This document shows, piece by piece, positions 25,501 through 32,000 of a stretch of 32,000 bases of DNA (position 1 is its first letter; each line of letters begins with the position of its first letter). The DNA is from Gemmatimonadota bacterium (GTDB taxonomy: Bacteria > Gemmatimonadota > Gemmatimonadetes > Longimicrobiales > RSA9): contig JBBDWZ010000087.1 in assembly GCA_040902615.1 (NCBI GenBank), positions 2,366 through 34,365 on the forward strand, given 5' to 3'. Position numbers and translations under genes: made by a program. Below the pieces are notes generated by a model. The model searched no databases, was not told where the DNA came from, and saw only the letters and a list, made by a program, of their open reading frames with translations.

Positions 25501-25919
25501 AAGCGGGGATCTGCGGCGATGCCCGGAAACGCACCGGTAATGGTCCTCCCCGGTCGGGGCGCAGGCATCGAGCGCGTCGCGAAACGAAATGGAACAGCCA
25601 GTGCCGGCGCAGAAGGTTTGGGTCCCACCAGGCGGTCGAGCAGGGCCATCGCGGAAACGGAATCGAGCGGCTCAACTGTGGGCGTGTACGCCGGTTCCGG
25701 TGGCGTCAATTCGGCCGCGGAAACGCGTAGTGCGACGCCAACTCGCGCGGAAGAATCGGAACCAAACGCCGCAAGGAACGGCGCGATGAACGGGTCAGCG
25801 CTTGCCGGGACATCGGTCCCGCCCGCCGTGTTTTCCGGAACACCCGGCAGCGCGCTGCATCGTGCGAGAACCAGAAGGATGGGTGCGACGAAGACAATGG
25901 AGCTCTTTCGACCGGTCAT
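19509..25919 (-). CDS. Giant secreted alpha-2-macroglobulin-family protein (2136 aa) with an embedded CarboxypepD_reg-like domain; thioester motif absent
   Basis: ATG 25919 follows GAGGAAG after 4 nt (the track start 25955 has no RBS). The signal peptide is MTGRKSSIVFVAPILLVLARCSA. The body is a long all-beta MG-type region. The TED-like segment contains LQLMDGGWSLW. The carboxypeptidase-regulatory-like insert is GVVIDGVTGEPV...ANGRYRIDDV. Confidence 0.8.
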   Translation of the reverse strand: MTGRKSSIVFVAPILLVLARCSALPGVPENTAGGTDVPASADPFIAPFLAAFGSDSSARVGVALRVSAAELTPPEPAYTPTVEPLDSVSAMALLDRLVGPKPSAPALAVPFRFATRSMPAPRPGRTITGAFPGIAADPRLVSAPAVSREPLRVIRTAPRNEIAKASQVSVTFSRPMVSLSALEFVPPGVRLQPAGGGAWRWLDPHTLVYEATEQLPGATHYTVDVPAGIRSADGAVLSNPLRWTFSTAPAAVRDVVSIEAPSMSRPIIAVVFDQGVDPVATLPFLRLEVDSVSIPLQLAGDAELQMPAVRWRLPAAPGRIVAVRALEPLPGKTAQVESKATLRVAAGLPSLEGARRTTTETVHSFLVRNGLQIVDQGCGRAQTCTPGLPWTIRFNHPLRMPPDLGSWVSVEPALPGATIEIWQNHIVVIGDPAENTTYTVRLNPAIATWSGDMLGITPPLRFAVGRPAASAWTPGGGLALIPSNSPPVYTVLAEGTDSVRVQVRAVQLEDWPAYQMFSRQPTRPARTQDSRLPGRLLFSAVLPVIPTEAGTGEALVDLKRALAESDRVVLSATPVAALDTASGARGYAPALTWIERGEVLLDVAADVEALTVRATSSVTGRPLPGVALELLGGAEYGRPLTRLRSASTDANGLAKLMVTQDVRKWFWALHATHEGRTQLFSNVMPGQSWCCPPWEWNPTLRTHIVTDRPIHSPGDTARFTGWLRRADGVGHELSDPAAGATVAYAARDARGQVLVSGVLPILPGGRIEGAILLPVELNSGFASVGLTLHEPERSPQMGGYFSLQIQEVRRPDMELAIQIDPGPHVSGDSLEAALQARYFSGGALPNAEVSWRVWSSPGRYQPPGQPDFFFGWQRYPRAQVFPPVTHTGRTGETGAHRILIHADSVVPDLPMVLRTEATVTDVDRQRRSTSSSVVIHPADVYVGLRSNGRFIRGGETLGVDVLVVDIDGKPTAGRTVSVRAVRQDRRFDQGVLDIHESIKGGCSLRSALSAVPCKFSDLPNGDYLVVAVVEDAGGRHNMSELAVRVAGDAIASTARAAADSLSIVAQRVEYAVGDTAVLLIQATFPTTDAVLSVRRAGVLGTQPFRFENGVAVVRLPIVDAHVPNLQLYAASATADGVLVSGITQLAVSPRARTLQVSVTPSAAVVAPGAPATVTVRVTDQAGRPVPNASVVLSGVDEALYALSRRAINDPIQDFYRRSAPGVIDRSLRSHLATTGSVSARSTARGRGFVTGVVIDGVTGEPVSRAWVQLAGNKDRVQGGWTAANGRYRIDDVDAGAHLLEARAPAYVTGYVSDIQVDRNHARAHFVLWTRNAVLAGDRARRAQLAAPAFQDAQALQLSELTVTAASRAESVAVVPAPAAPPPAERDFSGEAIQTRTADRPLLRTDFSPVAAFVADARTGADGTAAIPIKLPDNLTRYRLRAVVAEGSRRFGVGESSLTARLLLMARLKPPRFLHRGDRFELAVVLENRADSALLVDLAVRALNATVNHPAGKRVSVPARDRLEVRFPAEASETGSARFQIAATAVDSRLNLSDAAEVTVPVLLPAVTEAFAVYGELDDARPVGYPLRLPDGIPGQTRVELGFSNTAVHGLGDAILFLLDCYFDLPEIWASRLLALSSLRESPIAAPVMRDIIDGALRTDVTRLSRLQLMDGGWSLWTARFDADPFVSIHAVNALQRARAAGVKVPDRTITAATQWLERLDEHGSDTLRRFRRAPNQRVFPINYPEQARRAMQAYALDVRRKLGQDVSASAAALLREVGAGALPAEALAWLLPALSTKPEFSADAADVLRELDSRVVRSAGTAALVSPYDAGGRDVLYSARRTDAIVLSALLEVGALPDLTAALARGLMAHRVKGRWSNSLENAYAVAALTGYLHDSEATEPNLIARAWAGSRLAGEQSFRGRSNERAEFSIPADSLGRPGSTMNLVLAREGAGRLYYRVGLKYSSAAPAPALSRGFSVERIYEAVDDPDDVRRDADGTWRVRTGARVRVRLTIAAVGPRYHVAVVDALPAGLEPVNSALAGNEGLLVPGARPPADVGERVWFSAEHVNIKADRFEAFKTLLLPGKRELSYLTLATTPGDFAAPAPRAEEMYAPETLGRGTAGRLIVEASSRAIPRR

Positions 25920-26041
25920 GCGGCTTCCTCGCTGTAGAGGCCGCACGGAGTACACGGGTCATTTCCGGATGGTGCCGTGTGCGGTCTGCTATTGAAGGAC
26001 GCGTGGCCCAAAGCAAGTCGCACACCAGGGAGGCGCGGGAC

Positions 26042-26073
26042 AAAAAAAGGAGGGCGGTAGTTAGCCGCCCTCC
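26042..26073 (-). terminator. Rho-independent terminator of the OmpA-like gene
   Basis: On the minus strand, GGAGGGCGG pairs perfectly (9 bp) with CCGCCCTCC around a 7-nt loop, followed by TTTTTTT. It starts 26 nt after the stop codon. Confidence 0.8.
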
Positions 26074-26099
26074 AGCATTTCGCGAATCCGCGTGGTTCT

Positions 26100-26792
26100 T
26101 TAGTTGGTGACGATCGGTGTTGCGAGTCCGGCTGCCGTGCCGACGTAGTCGAGCACGATCACGACGCGGCGATTCTCAATGCCGGCCTGACCAGGACCCT
26201 TGGCCTTCTTGTCCACCAATCGATTCGTGCTCTCACCATAGCTGACGGCGCGCACGCGGTCGGTCCGCAGGCCGCCCTGATTGACCAGGTGCATCCGTAC
26301 GGCTTCGGCGCGCTTCTGGCCGAGGCGCAGGTTGTAGCTGCTGCTTCCGGCCGGATCCGTATAGCCTTCCGTGGTGAGCAATGCGTTCGGATAGAACTCC
26401 TGGACTACCGACGCGAACTGCTTCAGGACAGCCTGATCCGCATCACGCAGGTCAGCCCTGTTGAAATCGAAGTGCACCGGAACGTCGAAGGCGATCAAGC
26501 CGTTGAGGCGTGTGACCTTGACATTGAGGTCATTCAACTCGGTACGGAGCCTTTGCACTTCCTGTTCGATTCCGTCGACCCGACCGCCCAGCCGGGTCGT
26601 TGCCGCATTGGCCTCGGCCAGTCCCGTAGAAATGGCCGTGGCGTTCTGCTGGTCACCCGTCTGCATTTCGGTCCTCACCCGAGCGAATTCTTGCTGCATG
26701 TCGCTCTTCTTGGCGTAGCAGCCGCTCAGTGGCAGGGCCGCAACTCCAATCGCCGCAACAAGTAGCGAGGTCTTCGAGAAGCTCCTCAACAT
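26100..26792 (-). CDS. OmpA/Pal-family peptidoglycan-binding lipoprotein with N-terminal coiled coil
   Basis: The lipobox is AALPLSGC. The coiled-coil stretch is [18 protein letters not shown]. The OmpA_C motif is FDFNRADL...[25 protein letters not shown]. Confidence 0.9.
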   Translation of the reverse strand: MLRSFSKTSLLVAAIGVAALPLSGCYAKKSDMQQEFARVRTEMQTGDQQNATAISTGLAEANAATTRLGGRVDGIEQEVQRLRTELNDLNVKVTRLNGLIAFDVPVHFDFNRADLRDADQAVLKQFASVVQEFYPNALLTTEGYTDPAGSSSYNLRLGQKRAEAVRMHLVNQGGLRTDRVRAVSYGESTNRLVDKKAKGPGQAGIENRRVVIVLDYVGTAAGLATPIVTN

Positions 26793-26885
26793 GTTTGTCT
26801 CTCCGGGGTTTCGGTTCGTCTTGCTACGTTAAAGATCAAGACGACTACACTACGTTCGAGGTCACGTCACGCGTTAGCCGCTTTC

Positions 26886-29108
26886 TTGCCTCCAACATTT
26901 CGTGGCAGTTTTCACCACCCAAAACTCGAGCAGGAGGCAGTTCTGGACTCGCGGATTCTCCCCGGCCGGCCCTACCCGCTGGGTGCCACCTGGGACGGCG
27001 TCGGCACGAATTTTTCCGTCTACTCGGAAAACGCCACCGGCGTCGAACTCTGCCTTTACGATGCGCGCGATCCGCACATTGAGTACGCCCGCTTCTGGCT
27101 ACCCGAGCGCACGGCGCACGTCTGGCACGGCTACCTGCCCGGTATTCGATCCGGTCAACTCTATGGGTACCGCGTGCACGGCCCGTTTGCGCCCGAACAC
27201 GGCCAGCGCTTCAACCCGGCCAAGCTGGTCATCGACCCCTACGCCAAAGCCATCGCAGGCAAAGTCGACTGGAGTGCGCCGGTCTTCGGCTATCCGGTCG
27301 GCCACCACTTCGCTGACAACACCCGGGATGACAACGACGACGCGTGGGGTGTGCCCAAGGGAGTAGTCACGGACCCATTCTTCGAATGGGGAGGGGATCG
27401 TGGGCCGCGAACACCGCTGCACAAGACCGTGATCTACGAGGTGCACGTCAAGGGATTCACGATGCTTCATCCCGATGTGCCCCAGAATCTGCGCGGCACG
27501 TACGCCGGACTCGCCTCGCCGCCCATGATCGACTACCTGAAGACACTCGGCGTCACCGCAGTCGAGCTCTTGCCGGTGCACGATTTTCTCGATGACAAAT
27601 TTCTGCTCGACCAAGGGCTGCGAAACTACTGGGGCTACAACACGACCAACTTTTTTTCACCCGATGCGCGCTACAGCAGCATGGGTGACCGTGGCGCGCA
27701 GGTCGCCGAGTTCAAGTCCATGGTCAAAGCGCTGCACGCTGCCGGCATCGAGGTCATTCTCGATGTGGTCTACAACCACACGTCCGAAGGCAGCGAGCTG
27801 GGTCCGACGCTGAGCTTCCGCGGCATCGATAACACGACGTATTACCGGCTGGTGCCTGATCAGCCGCGCTACTACATGAACTTCACCGGGACCGGCAACA
27901 GCCTGAACGCACGGCATCCACAGGTTCTGCGGCTCATAATGGACAGCCTGCGTTATTGGGTGCGGCACATGCACGTCGATGGGTTTCGTTTCGACCTTGC
28001 GGCTACGCTCGCGCGCGAGCTGCACGATGTCGATCGACTGTCATCCTTCTTCGACATCATTCATCAGGATCCAATCATCTCGCAGGTCAAGCTGATTGCG
28101 GAACCGTGGGACATCGGCCACGGTGGGTATCAGGTCGGCAACTTCCCTGTGATCTGGACCGAGTGGAACGACAAGTATCGCGATACGCTGCGCCGATTCT
28201 GGCGCGGCGATGAAGACCAGATGGCGGAACTGGGCTACCGGCTCACCGGCAGCAGCGATCTCTACGGCGAGGACGGCCGCAGCCCGAGCGCCAGCATCAA
28301 CTTCGTGACCGCGCACGACGGCTTCACGCTACACGACCTGGTCAGCTACAACGAGAAGCACAACCAGGCGAACGGCGAGGACAACTGGGATGGCAATACG
28401 AACAATCTGTCGTTCAATCATGGAGTCGAAGGCCCAACCGAGGATCCGGCCATCACTGAATTGCGCGAGCGGCAGAAACGCAATTTCCTGGCAACGCTGC
28501 TGCTCTCGCAGGGAACACCCATGATCACAGGCGGCGACGAGCGAGGCCGCACGCAGAAGGGCAACAACAATGCGTACGCGCAGGACAACGAGATCAGCTG
28601 GTACGACTGGACCGAAACCGAACGAACCCGGGCGCTATTCGATTTCACTCGCCGCTTGCTCCAGCTGCGGCGAGAGCATCCGGCGCTGCATCGGAAGAAA
28701 TTCTTTCAGGGCCGGAAGATTCGAGGTGCCGATGTTCGTGACATCGTATGGCTGCAGCCCAACGGTCAGGAAATGGCCGACGCCGAATGGGACGCGCATT
28801 GGGTCCGCTCCATTGCCGTGCGGCTCGACGGATCTTCGCTCGATGAGCTGGCCGAAACCGGTGAGCCGGTCACCGACGATGATCTGCTGATACTGCTCAA
28901 TGCCCATGACGGCGACGTCACCTTCATCCTGCCGCCCACACCACACGGCGGCAACTGGGAGTTGTTGCTCGATACGCGCTCGGCTGAAGAACCCGAGCAC
29001 AAGGCATTCGCCGATCACGCAGAGTATGGAGTCGGCGGGCGATCACTATCGCTGTTTAGATCGAGTCGGCACCAACAGCGAAGTGCGACGAATCAAGGAA
29101 GAGGATGA
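26886..29108 (+). CDS. glgX: Glycogen debranching enzyme GlgX (GH13)
   Basis: The N-terminus is [21 protein letters not shown]13 catalytic regions are DVVYNHT, GFRFDLA, EPWD and FVTAHDGF. The start is uncertain: TTG 26886 is the only canonical in-frame start, but AGGAGG at 26932-26937 precedes an in-frame CTG at 26943. Confidence 0.9.
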   Translation: MPPTFRGSFHHPKLEQEAVLDSRILPGRPYPLGATWDGVGTNFSVYSENATGVELCLYDARDPHIEYARFWLPERTAHVWHGYLPGIRSGQLYGYRVHGPFAPEHGQRFNPAKLVIDPYAKAIAGKVDWSAPVFGYPVGHHFADNTRDDNDDAWGVPKGVVTDPFFEWGGDRGPRTPLHKTVIYEVHVKGFTMLHPDVPQNLRGTYAGLASPPMIDYLKTLGVTAVELLPVHDFLDDKFLLDQGLRNYWGYNTTNFFSPDARYSSMGDRGAQVAEFKSMVKALHAAGIEVILDVVYNHTSEGSELGPTLSFRGIDNTTYYRLVPDQPRYYMNFTGTGNSLNARHPQVLRLIMDSLRYWVRHMHVDGFRFDLAATLARELHDVDRLSSFFDIIHQDPIISQVKLIAEPWDIGHGGYQVGNFPVIWTEWNDKYRDTLRRFWRGDEDQMAELGYRLTGSSDLYGEDGRSPSASINFVTAHDGFTLHDLVSYNEKHNQANGEDNWDGNTNNLSFNHGVEGPTEDPAITELRERQKRNFLATLLLSQGTPMITGGDERGRTQKGNNNAYAQDNEISWYDWTETERTRALFDFTRRLLQLRREHPALHRKKFFQGRKIRGADVRDIVWLQPNGQEMADAEWDAHWVRSIAVRLDGSSLDELAETGEPVTDDDLLILLNAHDGDVTFILPPTPHGGNWELLLDTRSAEEPEHKAFADHAEYGVGGRSLSLFRSSRHQQRSATNQGRG

Positions 29109-29160
29109 GGGCGAGGGGAAGGGGAAGGATTCGAGGGGAAAGGGGAGGGAGGGGGAGAGG
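29109..29160 (+). repeat. G-run tract (seven runs of G3-G5) with G-quadruplex potential, starting at the base after the glgX stop
   Basis: The sequence is GGGCGAGGGGAAGGGGAAGGATTCGAGGGGAAAGGGGAGGGAGGGGGAGAGG. Confidence 0.6.
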
Positions 29161-29198
29161 TCTATTCCCAGTCAGCTCATCGTCTCCGTTCATGCCAG

Positions 29199-29306
29199 TT
29201 GGGAATGGGGAATATGGGAATAAGGAATACGGAATCACGCCGGTGGTGGTGATGCGGCATCCGTAAACCCAATTCCTATTTCCCTATTCCCAATTCCGGA
29301 TTCCCC
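29199..29306. repeat. Dyad-symmetric element: five phased GGAAT cores facing five phased ATTCC cores across a ~36-nt spacer
   Basis: GGAAT starts at 29202, 29209, 29217, 29224 and 29231. ATTCC or ATTTCC starts at 29272, 29278, 29286, 29293 and 29300. The central palindrome GATGCGGCATC lies at 29251-29261. The element sits between convergent glgX and the DASS gene. Confidence 0.7.
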
Positions 29307-29389
29307 ATCAGCCAGCGACGGGGTTTCAACTCAGCGGCAGACACGCCAGCTCCCACGCAATCGCGGCAGTGCCGGCATCGTTATGGCAG

Positions 29390-30844
29390 TTACCAGAGTC
29401 CCAACACTTTCCACCAGGCAACGCCAACCAGGGCCCAGATCGGAATATTTACCAGGGAAGCGATCAACCCGAGTTTCCACCAGGTGGTCTGGGGCACGTA
29501 ACCGGCGCCGAAATAAATGGGACCGGGTGTCGTTCCGTAGTGGGTCAGACCGGCGGATAGATTGGAGTAATAGGCGAGGATGAGCACCGCGACCCAGGGC
29601 GGCGCACCGGCGGCGATGCTGACCGTAAGAAACGGGATGTACATCGCGGTGGAGTGAGCGGTGATACTCGCAAAGGCGTAATGGGCGAAGTAGTAGACGA
29701 GAGCCAGCCCACCGAGCGCGGCCCACCACTCCCAGCCGGCAATCCCGCTGGCGGTCCAGTTGGCGAACGCTTTCGTAATGCCGGTTTCACCCAACAGCTT
29801 CGCCATTTGCACGAGGCCGCCGTACCAGATGAAGACATCCCAGCCGCTCTTTTCCGTGATGATGTCGTTCCAGTCGAGCACATTGGTCAGGAGTAAAATG
29901 CAGACACCGGCCAGCGCCGGGATGGCCACATCGAAGCGATGGAAGCGCGTGGTCATCCAGAGCACCATCACCATGGCAAAGACCAGCAACATCATTTTTT
30001 CCGGCCGGCTGATCGGACCTTGCGCGCTCAGCTCACGTTGCGCGAGCTCAGTGGCGCCGGGCGTGCGTTTGATCTCGGGTGGATACAACCGATAGAAGAG
30101 ATAAGGGATGATCAGAAACGAGCAGATGCCGGGCACGATCGCGCCGAGCAGCCAGGTTGGATAGGTGAGCTGCAGCCCGCTCGCTTCACGAGCAAAACCG
30201 GCGATGATGGCATTGGACGCCTGGCCGGTGAAGAAGATCGCACAGATAATGACATCGGTGTTGTAAAGCTGGACCATCAGGAATGAGCCGAGCCGCCGCG
30301 CGCTTTCGCCGGGCCTGGAGTCGAACGTCTCCGCCAGGCTTTTTGCGATCGGGAAAATGATGCCGCCGCTGCGCGCGCCATTGGACGGAATGATGCTGGC
30401 GAGGACACCATCGGCTGCAGCGAGCGCATATCCGAGTCCGAGCGAGGTGCCGCCAATCAACTTGACGAAGTACAGTGCGATGCGTCGGCCGAGTCCTGTC
30501 TTGATCATGCCGCGCGAGATGAAGAACGCGCACAGCACCAGCCAGACTACCGGATCGCTGTAGCCGGCGAAGGCGCGCACCGGCACCGTCGTCCCGGTCA
30601 GCAGCGCCCGCACCCCGTCGTTGAGCGCAATGGCTAACACGCCCAACAGCACCATCGCGCCGCCGGGCAGCGGCTGCGCGACCAGGCCGACCATGGTCGA
30701 GACGAAAATCGCGAGCAACCGCCAGGACGCTGGAGTGATGCCGGCAGGAACCGGGAAAAGCAGGATCAGCCCGCCCGCACCCAGCACCAATGCCCAGCGT
30801 ACCCATCGCGACCGGGTCGAGATTGGCCGTTCTTCGGCAGCCAT
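29390..30844 (-). CDS. DASS-family (SLC13/CitT-like) di/tricarboxylate or anion transporter
   Basis: This 484-aa polytopic membrane protein begins WRLLAIFVSTMVGLVAQPLP. It has hairpin-type motifs PSNGARSGGIIFPI and YYSNLSAGLTHYGTTPGP, typical of DASS permeases. Confidence 0.8.
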   Translation of the reverse strand: MAAEERPISTRSRWVRWALVLGAGGLILLFPVPAGITPASWRLLAIFVSTMVGLVAQPLPGGAMVLLGVLAIALNDGVRALLTGTTVPVRAFAGYSDPVVWLVLCAFFISRGMIKTGLGRRIALYFVKLIGGTSLGLGYALAAADGVLASIIPSNGARSGGIIFPIAKSLAETFDSRPGESARRLGSFLMVQLYNTDVIICAIFFTGQASNAIIAGFAREASGLQLTYPTWLLGAIVPGICSFLIIPYLFYRLYPPEIKRTPGATELAQRELSAQGPISRPEKMMLLVFAMVMVLWMTTRFHRFDVAIPALAGVCILLLTNVLDWNDIITEKSGWDVFIWYGGLVQMAKLLGETGITKAFANWTASGIAGWEWWAALGGLALVYYFAHYAFASITAHSTAMYIPFLTVSIAAGAPPWVAVLILAYYSNLSAGLTHYGTTPGPIYFGAGYVPQTTWWKLGLIASLVNIPIWALVGVAWWKVLGLW

Positions 30845-30971
30845 CCGTTTGATCCGCTGAGGGGAGAACGATGCGAAGCGGCAAGATGTGGCGTGAAGCG
30901 GAGATTGAAAAGAATCGAGCCCGCCGGTAAGGCGAGCTCGACCGAATACGAGCTATCCGTCCTTCCTAATC

Positions 30972-31250
30972 CTAGATACCGGGCAACCTCTTGCGGATGG
31001 CACGACTGCCGGATCGTACGCCCGCGGCGACCGAGATCGCGAAAGCGATTGCGGTTGGCGCTCCTATAATGGGAAGCAGCGTGACCACAACGGCGCCAAC
31101 CACCAACGCAGCCCCGCCCGCCTTCAGCGCCGCGGAAGCCTTGTGTACGGCTTCGACGTAGCGAAGTCGCTCGGTCACGAATGCCTTCGTGGCACCAAAC
31201 CCGACGACAATCGCGGAAGCGGTAGCGGCAAAACCGATGAGTTCGAGCAT
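30972..31250 (-). CDS. Small membrane protein, 2 predicted TM segments (92 aa), function unknown
   Basis: The ATG follows GGAGG after 7 nt, and that SD overlaps the TAG of the upstream gene. The hydrophobic segments are LIGFAATASAIVVGFGA and AALVVGAVVVTLLPIIGAPTAIAFAISVAA. The C-terminus is basic. Confidence 0.6.
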   Translation of the reverse strand: MLELIGFAATASAIVVGFGATKAFVTERLRYVEAVHKASAALKAGGAALVVGAVVVTLLPIIGAPTAIAFAISVAAGVRSGSRAIRKRLPGI

Positions 31251-31261
31251 TTGAGATCCTC

Positions 31262-32000
31262 CTACAGCTTACTACGCCGGCGTCGGCTTTGAAGTTTCTG
31301 ATCCGAATTGGACGGGCGTGTCCCGTTCTTTTCCCAATCGTCCAGATGCTGGAGCAGGTAGTCGATCGAAAAGTAATGCGAGGTCCTATCGCCGTCCCGG
31401 CGGAAGACCACCTGCGACCAGCCCCGCATGCCAACCGGCTTGAACCAGTGTCCAAACAGGCGGAGTCGCTGACCGGAAATCGCGCGGATCAACACACGCT
31501 CGTAGCGGGAACGACGCAGCTCATTGGGCGGGAAGAGATCGTCCCAGTCACAGAGACGTCCAACGTCATCGTATTCGGGCGGGCGGTCATCCAGCTCGAG
31601 CAGCGAAGGAGCGCGGCCGCGCATGACCGATCCGATGAGCCGGAACGTGAACGGGTCCGAGAGCCGGCGAATCGAGCGCCAGAACTCACGCGTGATCCGG
31701 CCGGCGATGGTGCGCAGACTCAGCGTCTCGCCACCCGCGGTTGGCCAGGTGACTGCGTCAATGTCGGCTTGAAACGGATTGGCCGGGTAACAGTCGAAGC
31801 GCGCCAGCCAGCCTTTGCGCGTGGTGTGCGGCATCGGCGCGAAGCCGGCGATTACCGGCAGATCGTGCTTCTTCAGCTCACTCAACTCGAACGACGGCCA
31901 GGTCATGACCTCGCGTACGATGCCGGTGATGAGGGTACCGGTCGCAATCATGAGCTCGGCGCTGGGTGTGAAGTCACACGTGATCTCGATGCGATCGCCG
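31262..32000 (-). CDS. Hypothetical soluble protein, unknown family; probably extends beyond the window (first ATG at 31951)
   Basis: Coding bias is strong. The frame stays open with high GC3 from 31952 to the window edge (..GDRIEITCDFTPSAEL-MIATG..) and no SD precedes ATG 31951. No motif was recognised. Confidence 0.6.
   Translation of the reverse strand, partial: GDRIEITCDFTPSAELMIATGTLITGIVREVMTWPSFELSELKKHDLPVIAGFAPMPHTTRKGWLARFDCYPANPFQADIDAVTWPTAGGETLSLRTIAGRITREFWRSIRRLSDPFTFRLIGSVMRGRAPSLLELDDRPPEYDDVGRLCDWDDLFPPNELRRSRYERVLIRAISGQRLRLFGHWFKPVGMRGWSQVVFRRDGDRTSHYFSIDYLLQHLDDWEKNGTRPSNSDQKLQSRRRRSKL

Noticed and set aside
28900-29238. 107-aa + ORF (..[20 protein letters not shown]..) and 60-aa - ORF across the glgX downstream region
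   Set aside because: These are translation artefacts of the G-run tract and the GGAAT arrays. The first also overlaps the well-supported glgX frame.

Overview
High-GC (roughly 60-65%) chromosomal window from a diderm bacterium. The phylum cannot be assigned from sequence alone. It divides into five parts. (1) nt 1-5831 is the right-hand end of a prophage or prophage remnant. It carries a tail/host-specificity-type gene with an Asp-box-like beta-propeller, an unannotated 52-aa lipoprotein, two unknown cargo ORFs, a small-terminase candidate and a large terminase split into ATPase and nuclease ORFs by one in-frame TAA. It ends at an orphan 3' half of tRNA-Ser(UGA), which looks like an att junction. 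(2) A CPA2/Kef-type cation:proton antiporter follows, then a ~570-nt gap with no convincing gene. (3) nt 8475-19448 is a molybdenum-hydroxylase island. An xdhC-mocA-flavin amine oxidase operon (+) converges on a tightly coupled minus-strand operon: CoxS-like, CoxL-like (form-II-type RGAGR motif, not a true CO dehydrogenase), CoxM-like, acyl-CoA synthetase, cyclase/formamidase-family hydrolase, amidase, CoxG. I read this as an uncharacterised N-heterocycle catabolic pathway. (4) A 2136-aa alpha-2-macroglobulin-family protein has its thioester CxEQ motif replaced, and an OmpA/Pal-like lipoprotein with a clean terminator lies upstream. (5) The last part holds glgX, a DASS anion transporter, and an unknown two-gene operon (soluble protein plus small 2-TM protein) running off the window edge. 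Non-genic signals include a G-quadruplex-prone tract at the glgX stop, a ~105-bp dyad of phased GGAAT/ATTCC arrays, a GCGGATY heptamer array, and a 24-nt motif shared by two intergenic gaps of the Mo island. No CRISPR array, rRNA, intact tRNA or recognisable defence system was seen. All functional calls come from motif and family recognition by eye, with no database search.
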